A DNA stretch of 64,000 bases from Candidatus Aminicenantes bacterium (GTDB lineage: Bacteria; Acidobacteriota; Aminicenantia; JAMOAD01). The translations under genes and the position numbers were made by a program. The stretch is taken from NCBI GenBank assembly GCA_027061995.1, contig JAMOUT010000075.1, positions 92 to 64,091 of the forward strand. Direction: 5' to 3'. Under the pieces are notes generated by a model. It ran no database searches. It saw only the letters and a program-made list of their open reading frames with translations, and was not told the DNA's origin. How positions within the stretch are numbered: position 1 is the stretch's first letter; the number at the start of each line of letters is the position of its first letter. This document shows, piece by piece, positions 8,871-19,013 of this stretch.

Positions 8871-10562
8871 TTAAAACTTCCTGAATTTTAAGATAGTAGC
8901 CACATATTGATTTTTATAAATCAGTTGCTTTTTAATTTTAAAATATCTTCCTTTCTTACTCTCTTTAAATAACATCCTCTTTAGTGCGACTTCTCCTGGC
9001 CTATCAATCGGATTCATATATCCGTCAAAAATTATATACTTAATTTTATATTTAATTATTTTTTTTAAAAAGAAATTCACAAGTTTATTATAATTATCAT
9101 AAATACTTTTCGTTTTAGGGATAAAATATATAATATTAACCTTTTTATTGAGATAATATCTGACGGTTGTTAAAGTGGAAAAGACGGCAATTCGGTCACC
9201 GGGTTTGATATGATTATTGTTAAGCCATTTTGCAATAACATAAGCCCCCCTATTAGGTGATAATAGATTGTATTTATACGCTTTTTTATAAGAGATTAAA
9301 TATATGTTCATAAAAAAAACAAAAAACAATATAAAAAAAATAGCTTTTTCGAAGATATGGATTCTATAATCTTTTATAAACAGATAAATGATAGGTGCGA
9401 TAAAAACAATGGAGATTAAGATAATGCTCGGAACAATAATTAATTTTACGAAACAGATATATAATACAAACAGATACAATATTATTCTTAAATAAAAAAA
9501 CGATTTTCCTTTTAACTTTTCTTTTAAGACTTTCAAACCATAAAACAATCCTACAAAACTTACGAAATAAAAGAGATAAATAAAAGATAAAAATCTTCGT
9601 ATATGGTGACTCGAAGATAAGGAAAATCTGTGAACCGTAAAAATATACCCTTTTGCAATAAAAAAGATACATTCATATAGTAAAACGGAAATGGCAAATC
9701 TTTTGTTTTTTTTATACAGATAATAAAAACCTACGGCAAATAAAATAATTAAAATAAACAGAAAACCCCAATGGATAAAAAGGGGTAATTTAGCAGGTAT
9801 AAAAAATAGAATAGCTGAATATATAATTGAAAAAAGTTGAAGCGGATTTTTAATAAAATAAAGGTATGATTTGGAATCAAAAATATATTGAATTTTTGAG
9901 ATTAATCTTGGGACTAATTTTATATAGAAAACCAGAAGTCCACCCGATATTATTAGAATAAACATAAGATATTTAACCCATATTTTTTTCTTAATCCTGA
10001 TGAAATTTACTATGTAACTAAAAAACAACAATATCCCCTCAAATCTTGTAAACACTCCCAATAAACTTGAGACAAACGAGGCGACATTTTTTTCTGTAAG
10101 AAAAAAATAAAATGATAATACAACAAAAAAAAGATAAAGAGAATCTGTCGTAGGGAACACAAAAAACTGTAAAAAAGGACTACTTAAAATAAAAATAACT
10201 CCAATAGAATAAAAATTCTCGGTGGTTTCTTTAAAAAGTTTGTATGAGAAAAATACAATCCCTACACTTGATAAAAAAGATATTAATTTTGCCCCGATAA
10301 TAAACCCATCATAATTAGAAAAGAGTAGATTAATAAAAGAACCAAGTATCCATAAAAATACGGGGAACAGAGGAGGAATAAATTTAAGTTTTAAATTGCC
10401 TGCAAATAATTTTTCAGCAGCAAAACAATATTTATAAAAATCGGGAGGAGCGAGATTTGTTATTTTAAAAAGTAATATTCCATTTAAAAAAGAGAACATT
10501 ATCAAGAAAAAAAGCGGGTTTTTTATAAGATTCAGTATCCTTTTTCTTATCTTTCCCATCAT
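8871..10562 (-). CDS. Polytopic membrane protein, GT-C-like (ArnT/PMT/oligosaccharyltransferase-like) with C-terminal soluble domain
   Basis: There are >10 predicted TM helices followed by a ~130-aa hydrophilic C-terminus. It sits in the glycan locus. The fold assignment is by architecture only. Confidence 0.4.
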   Translation of the reverse strand: MMGKIRKRILNLIKNPLFFLIMFSFLNGILLFKITNLAPPDFYKYCFAAEKLFAGNLKLKFIPPLFPVFLWILGSFINLLFSNYDGFIIGAKLISFLSSVGIVFFSYKLFKETTENFYSIGVIFILSSPFLQFFVFPTTDSLYLFFVVLSFYFFLTEKNVASFVSSLLGVFTRFEGILLFFSYIVNFIRIKKKIWVKYLMFILIISGGLLVFYIKLVPRLISKIQYIFDSKSYLYFIKNPLQLFSIIYSAILFFIPAKLPLFIHWGFLFILIILFAVGFYYLYKKNKRFAISVLLYECIFFIAKGYIFTVHRFSLSSSHHIRRFLSFIYLFYFVSFVGLFYGLKVLKEKLKGKSFFYLRIILYLFVLYICFVKLIIVPSIILISIVFIAPIIYLFIKDYRIHIFEKAIFFILFFVFFMNIYLISYKKAYKYNLLSPNRGAYVIAKWLNNNHIKPGDRIAVFSTLTTVRYYLNKKVNIIYFIPKTKSIYDNYNKLVNFFLKKIIKYKIKYIIFDGYMNPIDRPGEVALKRMLFKESKKGRYFKIKKQLIYKNQYVATILKFRKF

Positions 10563-10593
10563 TTTATATTATAAATTATATAAAATTTTTCAT

Positions 10594-11748
10594 CTATTTA
10601 TTTTCTTTCCCACCTTCAAGCAAAAAGGATAATAATGAAAAAAATAAAATTGAGAAAAAGAAAGCAGAAAAAATAATCAGTTTTTTATTTGTTTTTACCG
10701 GCCGGGCAGAAATAGTCAGGGGAGGATTAAATCTTATATCTTCATTATATACTTTTTTAAATTTTTCCACAGCCACGGATAGATCATTGTAAACTTTCTT
10801 TCCGATATCCCCTTTTAAATCAAGTTTTTTTAAAAAAAAGTCAAATTCTTTTAAAAATGTTCTATAAACATGAACAACCGTTTTCTTGTCTATTATCTTT
10901 TGTTTTAGCTCCCGAAAAAAAATAATTTTTATCTGTTCAATATCTTTATTCCTTTTATAAAAAGCCAAACTTTGTTTTAAATCGGCAATCTGAGACTCAA
11001 TCCCAACTATCTGATTTACGGGGGAAAGATACCTGTATCCCCCGTTATCCGTTGATACTAACTGAAAAGAATTCATTTTCCTTGAGTCAGGGTATTTTTT
11101 TAATATCATTAAGATATCCCCTTTCTTTTTCTCCAATAAATTTATATTAAATTTAGCATGAAATGTCTTATCATTATATTTTACGATCAAATCTTTGGAA
11201 CGATAATAATTAGAAGAAATATAATCATAAATCTTCTTATCAACAATGGATTCTCGAATAAAAGATCCAAGTAATTTGACAATTTCACCTGTTTTTTCAG
11301 GATTTTTGCATCTGTGTGAGATTTTTACCCCTATTATAAAATTTACTGTTTCATCCTTTATTTTACCAAAATTCTTTATATCTTCTTTTGTATATGCATA
11401 AATAGGCTTTATTGCTTTGCTCGGATTCACCTTTTTCATTCCGTCTATAATAAGACGGAGTTTATTTTTATCTTTCACATTATTGGATAAGAACCGATAA
11501 AAATTATCACGATCAGTGAATATCAAAGAATAATCCTTATAATCAATTAATGAAATTTTTTTACCTTTAGTTGAGAATCTCAAAATACCGTTGCATTTGT
11601 AATATTTAGGTAACATAAAAACAATAACAACGGACAAGAAAGTAATAATAAAAACACCCGATAAAATAAACAACTTTCTTTTCCATAAAATTCTAAACAA
11701 GTCAAATAAATCAATCTCATCATTAATATTTGTTTTTTCATTATTCAT
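10594..11748 (-). CDS. Wzz-like polysaccharide chain-length determinant / co-polymerase
   Basis: The N-terminus IDLFDLFRILWKRKLFILSGVFIITFL...PKYY matches the Wzz motif. A second TM lies at the extreme C-terminus. Confidence 0.55.
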   Translation of the reverse strand: MNNEKTNINDEIDLFDLFRILWKRKLFILSGVFIITFLSVVIVFMLPKYYKCNGILRFSTKGKKISLIDYKDYSLIFTDRDNFYRFLSNNVKDKNKLRLIIDGMKKVNPSKAIKPIYAYTKEDIKNFGKIKDETVNFIIGVKISHRCKNPEKTGEIVKLLGSFIRESIVDKKIYDYISSNYYRSKDLIVKYNDKTFHAKFNINLLEKKKGDILMILKKYPDSRKMNSFQLVSTDNGGYRYLSPVNQIVGIESQIADLKQSLAFYKRNKDIEQIKIIFFRELKQKIIDKKTVVHVYRTFLKEFDFFLKKLDLKGDIGKKVYNDLSVAVEKFKKVYNEDIRFNPPLTISARPVKTNKKLIIFSAFFFSILFFSLLSFLLEGGKENK

Positions 11749-11773
11749 AATCTTCCTCCGTATTTTAATAGGG

Positions 11774-12835
11774 TTAAAATTTTACATAATCTTTATAAGT
11801 CAATTTTATACCGGTTTCCAATGAGGTTTTTGCTTTCCAACCCAAATTATTTATCTTGGAAACATCAAGGAGTTTTCTCGGTGTTCCATCCGGTTTTGAG
11901 CTATCCCAATCAAGCTTTCCGTCAAACTCTACGATAGTTTTTACAATTTCGGCGAGTTTTTTTATTGTAATATCTTCCCCTGTTCCTATATTAATAAGCT
12001 CTCCTATATCATTATAATCGTATTTTTTCATAAGAAAAACAACTGCTTCCGCCAAATCATCAACAAATAAAAATTCCCTCTTCGGGGAACCGGTTCCCCA
12101 TAATTTAACAAAAACTTGCCCGTCATCTCCTTTTAAAATCCCGAATTTTTCAAGAAATTTCTTAATCTCCCCATCATTACCGGATAAAGGGAATTCTTTC
12201 ATCGGTCTCTTTTTAAAATCTTCTCTTATCTCCGAGAATTTGTCTTCGGATAATAATTTTGCAAGATGGAATTTCCTTATTAAGGCAGGCAAAACATGGG
12301 AGTTAAACAAATCATAATTATCGTTCCGACCATATAAGTTAGTGGGTTGAACAGCAAGATAATCCGTTCCATACTGCTCATTATAGTATCTGCACATCTT
12401 AATCCCCGCTATTTTTGCAAGAGCATAAGCTTCGTTTGTAGGTTCGAGAGGAGAGGTTAAAAGGGACTCCTCTTTCATAGGTTGAGGTGCAAGTCTCGGA
12501 TATATGCAAGAGCTTCCGAGAAAAAGAAGTTTTCGGACTCCGAACTTATATGCGGAATGAATTATATTTACCTGAATCAGAAGATTATTATAGATAAATT
12601 CGGCGGGATATGTTTTGTTTGACATAATCCCTCCCACTTTCGCAGCAGCAAGAAAAACATAATCGGGTTTTTCTTTTTCAAAAAAATCCTCAACGACTTT
12701 TTGTCTTTCCAAATCAAGTTCTGTATGGGTTTTAAGAATCAGGTTTTTGTAACCTTTTTTATTTAACTCTCTGACAATAGCTGAACCTACAAGCCCCTTA
12801 TGTCCTGCCACATAGATTTTATCCTCTTTTTTCAT
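11774..12835 (-). CDS. fcl: GDP-L-fucose synthase (GDP-4-keto-6-deoxymannose 3,5-epimerase/4-reductase)
   Basis: [19 protein letters not shown]...[32 protein letters not shown]...[31 protein letters not shown] is a close match to Fcl/GMER. Confidence 0.8.
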   Translation of the reverse strand: MKKEDKIYVAGHKGLVGSAIVRELNKKGYKNLILKTHTELDLERQKVVEDFFEKEKPDYVFLAAAKVGGIMSNKTYPAEFIYNNLLIQVNIIHSAYKFGVRKLLFLGSSCIYPRLAPQPMKEESLLTSPLEPTNEAYALAKIAGIKMCRYYNEQYGTDYLAVQPTNLYGRNDNYDLFNSHVLPALIRKFHLAKLLSEDKFSEIREDFKKRPMKEFPLSGNDGEIKKFLEKFGILKGDDGQVFVKLWGTGSPKREFLFVDDLAEAVVFLMKKYDYNDIGELINIGTGEDITIKKLAEIVKTIVEFDGKLDWDSSKPDGTPRKLLDVSKINNLGWKAKTSLETGIKLTYKDYVKF

Positions 12836-12856
12836 TTATACCTCCTCGGAAATTTT

Positions 12857-14140
12857 CTATAAAAAATATCCCTCTAACTCTTTTCCCACATCATGTATAA
12901 AAGGATGTCCTTCAAGAGCAAATCCATATGAATCAAGAAGAAGAGCGTTATCCTGTGAATGCATCCCTTCAAAAATAGATTCGGAATATTTTTCTTTTTT
13001 GGTAATTCCCGCTTTTAAATCAAACCCGTAGTTTGACAAAAGAACAATGTCGGGAGCTTTATCAAAGTATTTACCTTTGTAAATCTCCTCTTTGAAAAAA
13101 ACCTCTTTTATCACTTGCTTATTTTCTATTTCCAAACTTAAAAATCTCTTTTTTATCTCTTCTCTTATTTTATCATAATTTTTTTTCTTCACTTTTCCTT
13201 TTCCGTATTTACCTTCAAGATGTATGTATATTCTTGAAGGATCAAGAGCAAAAACAGTGGAATTTTCATCTATGCTCTTAAGATTTTTCGGATTTTCATC
13301 ATTAAATTTCAGATACCCCCACTCCTTGAGATATTGAGAAAGGTAAACCTCATATTTTAAAGAGGTGAAACCATGATCGGATAAGATTATAAAGGGAATC
13401 CCTTTTTTATCCATCTCATCGGTAATTTCACCTATTATTTCATCAACTTTTTTATAATACCCTATAAAATCATTATGGTTCGGATGGTTCAAATCATCTT
13501 TTGCCTTAAATAAAAAATGGTGAAGTCTGTCTGTTCCCGTTATGATAAAATAAAAAAGATTCCATTTTTCTTTTATCAGTTTTTTATACAATAAATATCT
13601 TTTATCAAGTGTCTCGTGAAGTTCTTTCATAAAATATTTTTTATCCTTTTTCCCCAAAGCTGTGTCAACATCAACCTTATAATCAATCTCTTTAAGATAT
13701 GATAAAAAATTCTTAGGATATACCGCGTTTTCCAAATCAAGAGCAACAAAACCGGAGATAAGATAACCGTTAATTTTTCTGACAGGATAAGTATTGGGAA
13801 GGTTTATTACAATGGATTTTTTTCCTTTTTTTTCTATCTTTTCCCACATTGTTTTAACAGGTAAAAGGGGAAAAGTGGGAAATCTATAACCGTAATTTTT
13901 ATTATTTATCTCCATGAATCCGTATATACCGTGTTCACCCGGATTCATTCCTGTCATAAAAGATGTCCATGAAACAGAGGAAATTTCGGGAACAGGAACC
14001 TGTGTTTTAATAAATTTGTATTTTTCAATCAATCTTTTAAAATTCGGCATTATCCCTTTTTCCGCAAATTCCTTAACAAGTTCAAAAGGAACACCGTCAA
14101 TCCCTATAATCATAAATTTTCTTGTTTTTTTAAAAAGCAT
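12857..14140 (-). CDS. Alkaline-phosphatase-superfamily enzyme (type I phosphodiesterase / nucleotide pyrophosphatase-like)
   Basis: MIIGIDGVPFEL...PVPEISSVSWTSFMTGMNPGEHGI is the PF01663-like metal-site region. The start is chosen at the internal Met preceded by GAGGGAA. The ORF track extends to 14167, so an alternative start at 14110 is possible. Confidence 0.5.
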   Translation of the reverse strand: MLFKKTRKFMIIGIDGVPFELVKEFAEKGIMPNFKRLIEKYKFIKTQVPVPEISSVSWTSFMTGMNPGEHGIYGFMEINNKNYGYRFPTFPLLPVKTMWEKIEKKGKKSIVINLPNTYPVRKINGYLISGFVALDLENAVYPKNFLSYLKEIDYKVDVDTALGKKDKKYFMKELHETLDKRYLLYKKLIKEKWNLFYFIITGTDRLHHFLFKAKDDLNHPNHNDFIGYYKKVDEIIGEITDEMDKKGIPFIILSDHGFTSLKYEVYLSQYLKEWGYLKFNDENPKNLKSIDENSTVFALDPSRIYIHLEGKYGKGKVKKKNYDKIREEIKKRFLSLEIENKQVIKEVFFKEEIYKGKYFDKAPDIVLLSNYGFDLKAGITKKEKYSESIFEGMHSQDNALLLDSYGFALEGHPFIHDVGKELEGYFL

Positions 14141-15113
14141 TCTTCCCTCTTTTTTTAAACCAATCATAGGTTAATTCAAGCCCCTTCTTCAAATTAATAT
14201 CAGGTTTAAACTCTAAAATTTTGTTTGCTTTTCGGATAGATGTCCAATTTCTCCTTATTTCCCCTTTTCTTTCAGGTTTATATTCCACTATTACATCCTC
14301 TTTGACAATATCTTTAATATATTTAACAAGTTGATTCACCGAAGTTTCCACTCCTGTTCCGAGTTGAAAAATCTCCCCACCGACTCCTTTTTTTTCTATC
14401 GCCCTTATAATCACATTCGCAAGATCTCCGGCATAAATAAAATCTCTTGTTTGATTGCCGTCCCCGTAAATATAGATACTCTTTTTCCCCATAATCCTTT
14501 TTAAAAATTCCGCCACTACACTCCCCTTATGATAGGAGTAAATACCATAAACATTTGAGAATCTCAAAACAACGGTATTAACTCCAAAGCTTCCGTAAAA
14601 AGCCTTGCAATACCCTTCTCCCGCTAACTTTGATGCCCCGTAAGGTGAAAGGGGGGAGGGGATTTTACCCTCATCAAGAGGGGGAAGTTGCTCTCCGAGC
14701 GGTGCGGCGGAGGAAGAAAAAACAAATTTCTTAATCTTATATTTTACGGAATAATTTAAAAGATTTAATATCCCCATAATATTTATCTCAGCATCACTAA
14801 AAGGGTTTTCAATGGAAGGAATTACCCCTGTTTGAGCCGCAAGATGAACAACAAAATCAGTTGCTTCAAAAATATTATCAAGCTTTTTATCTCTTACATC
14901 CCCTTTTATAAAGATAACATCCGCTTTTTCAGATAATCTTTCCGAATATTCAGCTTTATTTTTTTTTACTATATCTTTCAACAACTCCAAATTACCCGAT
15001 GAAAGATTATCAAGAATTATAATTTTATATTTTCCGATTTTTAAAATATAATCCGTAAGATTTAATCCTACAAACCCTGCTCCGCCTGAAATTAAGATTG
15101 TCTTTTTCATCAT
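14130..15113 (-). CDS. NAD-dependent nucleotide-sugar epimerase/dehydratase (GalE-like)
   Basis: Rossmann motif ILISGGAGFVGLNL. It belongs to the SDR extended family and is ~330 aa. Confidence 0.75.
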   Translation of the reverse strand: MMKKTILISGGAGFVGLNLTDYILKIGKYKIIILDNLSSGNLELLKDIVKKNKAEYSERLSEKADVIFIKGDVRDKKLDNIFEATDFVVHLAAQTGVIPSIENPFSDAEINIMGILNLLNYSVKYKIKKFVFSSSAAPLGEQLPPLDEGKIPSPLSPYGASKLAGEGYCKAFYGSFGVNTVVLRFSNVYGIYSYHKGSVVAEFLKRIMGKKSIYIYGDGNQTRDFIYAGDLANVIIRAIEKKGVGGEIFQLGTGVETSVNQLVKYIKDIVKEDVIVEYKPERKGEIRRNWTSIRKANKILEFKPDINLKKGLELTYDWFKKRGKNAF

Positions 15114-15745
15114 TTTAATATCTCTCTTAATACTATGAAGAACTGATTAAAATGCCTCCATGCAATCCCACGAGGTTTTTCAACCGGAATCTCTTTAATA
15201 TTAATCTCTTTTATTCTTGCCCTTTTTTTATAAAAAAATAAAACAAAAACTCCGCATGTGCATCCCCCTTTTAATTCTTCAATACCGTTCGCGAATGATT
15301 TTCTAAATGCTCTAAAGCCTGTCCCAGCATCATAAACACCTGTTTTAAGCCTTGTGATAAAAGAGATAATTCTTTCCGATATTCTGGGAATCTTTCTTCT
15401 TCTGCCGAGAACAAGGTCAGCTTTATCGTCGATAATCGGTTTTACAAGTTCTGAAATTCTGTTAGCAGGATGCTCGCCGTCAGCATCAATTGTTACTATA
15501 ATATCAGAATCTATTAAATTTATCCCTTTTATTATGTTTTTAAGATATCCTAAATTTCTCGAATTTTTTATAACCTTCGCCCCTTTTTCTTCCGATATTT
15601 GAGAAGTATTATCTTTACTTGCATCATCTATTACAACAACTTCATCAACATGTTTTTTTACATCATCTATAACTTTACCTATTCTTTTCTCTTCATTATA
15701 AGCGGGGATAAGCGCTGTAACTTTATACCTGTTATTTATTCCCAT
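15110..15745 (-). CDS. Family 2 glycosyltransferase (DPM1-like, polyprenyl-phosphate sugar synthase type)
   Basis: VTALIPAYNEE...VVVIDDASKDNT...TIDADGEHP are GT2 DxD-type motifs. It is a short 211-aa form. Confidence 0.7.
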   Translation of the reverse strand: MGINNRYKVTALIPAYNEEKRIGKVIDDVKKHVDEVVVIDDASKDNTSQISEEKGAKVIKNSRNLGYLKNIIKGINLIDSDIIVTIDADGEHPANRISELVKPIIDDKADLVLGRRRKIPRISERIISFITRLKTGVYDAGTGFRAFRKSFANGIEELKGGCTCGVFVLFFYKKRARIKEINIKEIPVEKPRGIAWRHFNQFFIVLREILK

Positions 15746-16079
15746 TATTTATTATTTTTATCGCATCATCTATAAGATTTGCGAGTTGCTTTTTTGATGA
15801 TGCTCCTATAATCTCTTTAATTTTCTTTCTCCCTTTAACAATCATGTAAGAGGGAACTCCCTGTATATCATAATCTCTTGCAATTTTTTTATTGATATCA
15901 ACATTCACTTTTACAAACTCAACTTTATCTTTATACATCTCAATTATATTGTTTAACAGAGGCTCCATCATTCTGCAAGGGGGACACCATACAGCCCAAA
16001 AATCAATAAAAACAGGCTTTGAACAATTTAATACTTTATCATAAAATTCCTTTTCATCGATAGTTTTAAGATCCCACAT
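15732..16079 (-). CDS. trxA: Thioredoxin
   Basis: The WCPPC active site (FWAVWCPPCRMMEP) is present. The size is 115 aa. Confidence 0.85.
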   Translation of the reverse strand: MWDLKTIDEKEFYDKVLNCSKPVFIDFWAVWCPPCRMMEPLLNNIIEMYKDKVEFVKVNVDINKKIARDYDIQGVPSYMIVKGRKKIKEIIGASSKKQLANLIDDAIKIINNGNK

Positions 16080-16095
16080 CTTATATATCCTTAAA

Positions 16096-17562
16096 TTAAA
16101 ATTTATCTATTATCTCAATGACTTTTGATTCTCTCTTCTCCCCCGACCAATGAGTTTTAGGAAGAATGACATGTTTTTTCTCCTCAATCCTTGCTTTAAT
16201 ATGAGGTTTTGTCAAAAGTTTAAACATTCTGTATATCTCCTCTTCAAGTTTAACATTGGGTTTAAAACCGAATTTATCGGGAAGATTTTTATATATGGCT
16301 TCATAAGGGTGTTCGTCAGCTTCGACTCTCGGATTTTCAAGTCTCTGAATCTTGGGAGCTAATCCGAATTCCTCTTTTCCGATTTTCGCCACGGTTGTAG
16401 CAAGTTCATACAGGGAATAAACCCCGGATAATTGGTTTACAACATCATAAACTCCCGGTGCCGGTGGATTATTTATAAGCCTTGTCATACATTGCATAGC
16501 ATCAGACAGAGCAAGAAACCCTCTCTTCTGATGTCCCGAACCATACAGAGTTAGGGGAATATCCACAATCGCTTGAGCAACGAACCTGTTTATAACTGTT
16601 CCAAACCATTCATCAACATCAAACCTTGTCCTTAAATCATCATCCTCTTCAAAAGCGGGAATATGAACTCCGTAGATAACTCCTTGCATTATGTCATAAG
16701 ATCTGAGCCACCAGTATTTACAAGCTTCGTAAACATTAAAAGTATCCTGCACTTTAGAAACATGGTAAAAACTAACGGGATCTCTCGGGGTTAATTCTCC
16801 TCCGAGACTCCACTCTCTATCTCCCCATTTTAAAACAGCGTCAGCGGGGAAAAGCCCCTCGAAAATAGGTCTTCCCGTAAGAGGAGTCCCGTATTCTCCC
16901 ATTGTTCCCAACTTTATTAAAGGGGTATTCGGAACAATATCCTTTATGGCGAAAAGGAGTCTTAGCGTTCCCATAACATTGTTGGTTTGAACAAAAACAG
17001 CATGCTCATCATCCACCATACTGTAAGGCGCAGACGGGTTTTCAGCATAATGAACTATCACATCGGGTTTTACCTCTTCAAGAAACTCCCTTAATCTGTT
17101 TCTATCCAAAAGATTTATCTCTCTGAAATTTATATTAATCCCGAGAACCTCTTTTGCTTTTCTTAATCTTTGTGTCATTCTTGCTATGGGAACTATTGTA
17201 TGAGAGCCTTTTTCCTTAACCCAATTTCTCCTGCTGTAATTATCTATTCCGCTTATCTCATAACCCAAACCACCGAGCCAAAGAGCAAGAGACCACCCGA
17301 GATAGCCGTCTATACCGAGTATCATAACTTTCATCTTTTTTAATTTATATCCGTATTCAGATTTTTCCCACTCGGGACATTCCTCAAAATTTACTGAAGA
17401 CGGGTCAAAAAAACCGAGGTCAGGTCTCCTTTTACACGAGCCCATATTAAACCCCTCTTCCACCTCACCGGCACTCTGTCCGCAAGCTCTGAAATCAACA
17501 CCGCCTTTAAATTCAAACATCGGACAATTCCAACATGTGTTATCAGCATTATGTTCATTCAT
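16096..17562 (-). CDS. sqdB: UDP-sulfoquinovose synthase-like enzyme (SQD1/SqdB/Agl3 family) with ~75-aa Cys-rich N-terminal extension
   Basis: MILGIDGYLGWSLALWL...IDNYSRR...TIVPIARMTQRL...VVHYAENPSAPYSM and FYHVSKVQD parallel the SQD1 motifs (GGDGYCGW, IDNLxRR, TPIASI, VVHFGEQRSAPYSM, YHLSKVHD). The extension carries C10, C13, C27, C43 and C62. Confidence 0.65.
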   Translation of the reverse strand: MNEHNADNTCWNCPMFEFKGGVDFRACGQSAGEVEEGFNMGSCKRRPDLGFFDPSSVNFEECPEWEKSEYGYKLKKMKVMILGIDGYLGWSLALWLGGLGYEISGIDNYSRRNWVKEKGSHTIVPIARMTQRLRKAKEVLGININFREINLLDRNRLREFLEEVKPDVIVHYAENPSAPYSMVDDEHAVFVQTNNVMGTLRLLFAIKDIVPNTPLIKLGTMGEYGTPLTGRPIFEGLFPADAVLKWGDREWSLGGELTPRDPVSFYHVSKVQDTFNVYEACKYWWLRSYDIMQGVIYGVHIPAFEEDDDLRTRFDVDEWFGTVINRFVAQAIVDIPLTLYGSGHQKRGFLALSDAMQCMTRLINNPPAPGVYDVVNQLSGVYSLYELATTVAKIGKEEFGLAPKIQRLENPRVEADEHPYEAIYKNLPDKFGFKPNVKLEEEIYRMFKLLTKPHIKARIEEKKHVILPKTHWSGEKRESKVIEIIDKF

Positions 17563-17654
17563 TAGATATCTCCTCCCTATTTAATAATTATATTTTATCA
17601 TAAAAAGCCATTAAATAATAATATTAATACTAATTTACAGTTAATTTTATGGAG

Positions 17655-19013
17655 CTATCTTCCATTAAAATTTAGGACTGTTTTTATTGTTTTAATTAAA
17701 ATAATCAAATCAAAAATAAAACTCATATTTTTTATATAGTATAATTCATACTTAAATTTTTCCATTTGTTGTTCTACGGTATTGATATATCCCATTTTTA
17801 CCTGCGACCAACCGGTAAGTCCGGGCTTGATAAAAAATCTCAAATCATAGAAAGGGATTTTCTCTTTCAGCATATCTGCAAAATATTTTCTTATCGGTCT
17901 ATTCCCGATTAAACTCATATCTCCCTTTAGGACATTAATTAATTGAGGTAATTCATCAAGCCTTGAAAATCTAAGAAATTTTCCTATTTTTGTTATTCTC
18001 GGATCATTTTTCCCGGACCATTTAGGTCCTGTTTCCTTTTCAGCATCAATAATCATAGTTCTGAATTTTATTAATTTAAAAGGTTTTTTATACCATCCCA
18101 ACCTCTCTTGTATAAAAAATACGGGTCCCCTTGAAGTAAGCTTAATTAAAAGGGGGATTATAAGAAAAACAGGAGATGAAAAAGCCAAGATTAATAGAGA
18201 TATTATAATATCAAACAATCTTTTAAGTTTATAATAAGAGGAGATATTAATAAGATAATTTTTTTCATAAACAATATGCCAAACATTCTCAAAGCTTATA
18301 TCAAAAATTTTCCCTGATAAACTCATATAAAAATTATCAAAATCATATATAAAAAATCCTTTGAATTTCAGTTCTATTATCTCTTCCATTTTATATTTTA
18401 TCTCTTTATTTTCGAGAGAGATAACAATGATATCATCTTTTCTGAAATTGCTTTCTATTTGTTCCACAAAACTCTTTATTTTATCATCGGTAACAAACTC
18501 AAACATAAAAAGAGGATTATTTTCAAATTCATTAATAATTATCTTTTGCAGCTTTTTCGAAAACCCTAAAAAAAACACCCTTTGTTTATTAATCTTTCTT
18601 TCAAATTTTGAGTAGAAAAAAAATCTTTGCAGTATAAGAAGGAGAAAATAAAAAGGAAAAATTAAAATAAATACCAATCTTCCGATAAAATAATACGGGA
18701 TAAAATAAAATATAAAACCAATAAAAATTGATACGAATACCAAAGAAAAGAAGATTTTAACAATATTCTTACTAAAATTACCAATCTCCCATCTTTCGTA
18801 AACTCCGAAAATATAAAAAGACAAAATTACCAAGGGAGATAAAATAAGATAAACGAGTAATATTTTTCTTAGAAGAACGCAAGAAAACACACTGCTATCA
18901 TACAAAGTTCTCGCAAAATAAGACAATATAATAGCCAATAAAAGAATTATTTGGTCCAAAAGGAGTAATTTAACCCTTACCTTGTTAAAAATATATGAAA
19001 AATAATCCTTCAT
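17655..19013 (-). CDS. Polyprenyl-phosphate hexose-1-phosphate transferase (WbaP/ExoY 'bacterial sugar transferase' family), initiating enzyme
   Basis: The C-terminal domain FDIIISLLILAFSSPVFLIIPLLIKLTSRGPVFFIQERLG...FKLIKFRTM...DELPQLINVLKGDMSLIGNRP is canonical PF02397. N-terminal TM helices are present. Confidence 0.85.
   Translation of the reverse strand: MKDYFSYIFNKVRVKLLLLDQIILLLAIILSYFARTLYDSSVFSCVLLRKILLVYLILSPLVILSFYIFGVYERWEIGNFSKNIVKIFFSLVFVSIFIGFIFYFIPYYFIGRLVFILIFPFYFLLLILQRFFFYSKFERKINKQRVFFLGFSKKLQKIIINEFENNPLFMFEFVTDDKIKSFVEQIESNFRKDDIIVISLENKEIKYKMEEIIELKFKGFFIYDFDNFYMSLSGKIFDISFENVWHIVYEKNYLINISSYYKLKRLFDIIISLLILAFSSPVFLIIPLLIKLTSRGPVFFIQERLGWYKKPFKLIKFRTMIIDAEKETGPKWSGKNDPRITKIGKFLRFSRLDELPQLINVLKGDMSLIGNRPIRKYFADMLKEKIPFYDLRFFIKPGLTGWSQVKMGYINTVEQQMEKFKYELYYIKNMSFIFDLIILIKTIKTVLNFNGR

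Noticed and set aside
16096-17562. Calling this gene a plain UDP-glucose 4-epimerase (GalE)
   Set aside because: The DGYxGW Rossmann variant, IDNxxRR, TPIAxx, the SAPYSM loop and YHxSKVxD match the SQD1/SqdB signature rather than GalE (GxxGxIG ... YxxxK with different context). Residual uncertainty is acknowledged in the findings.
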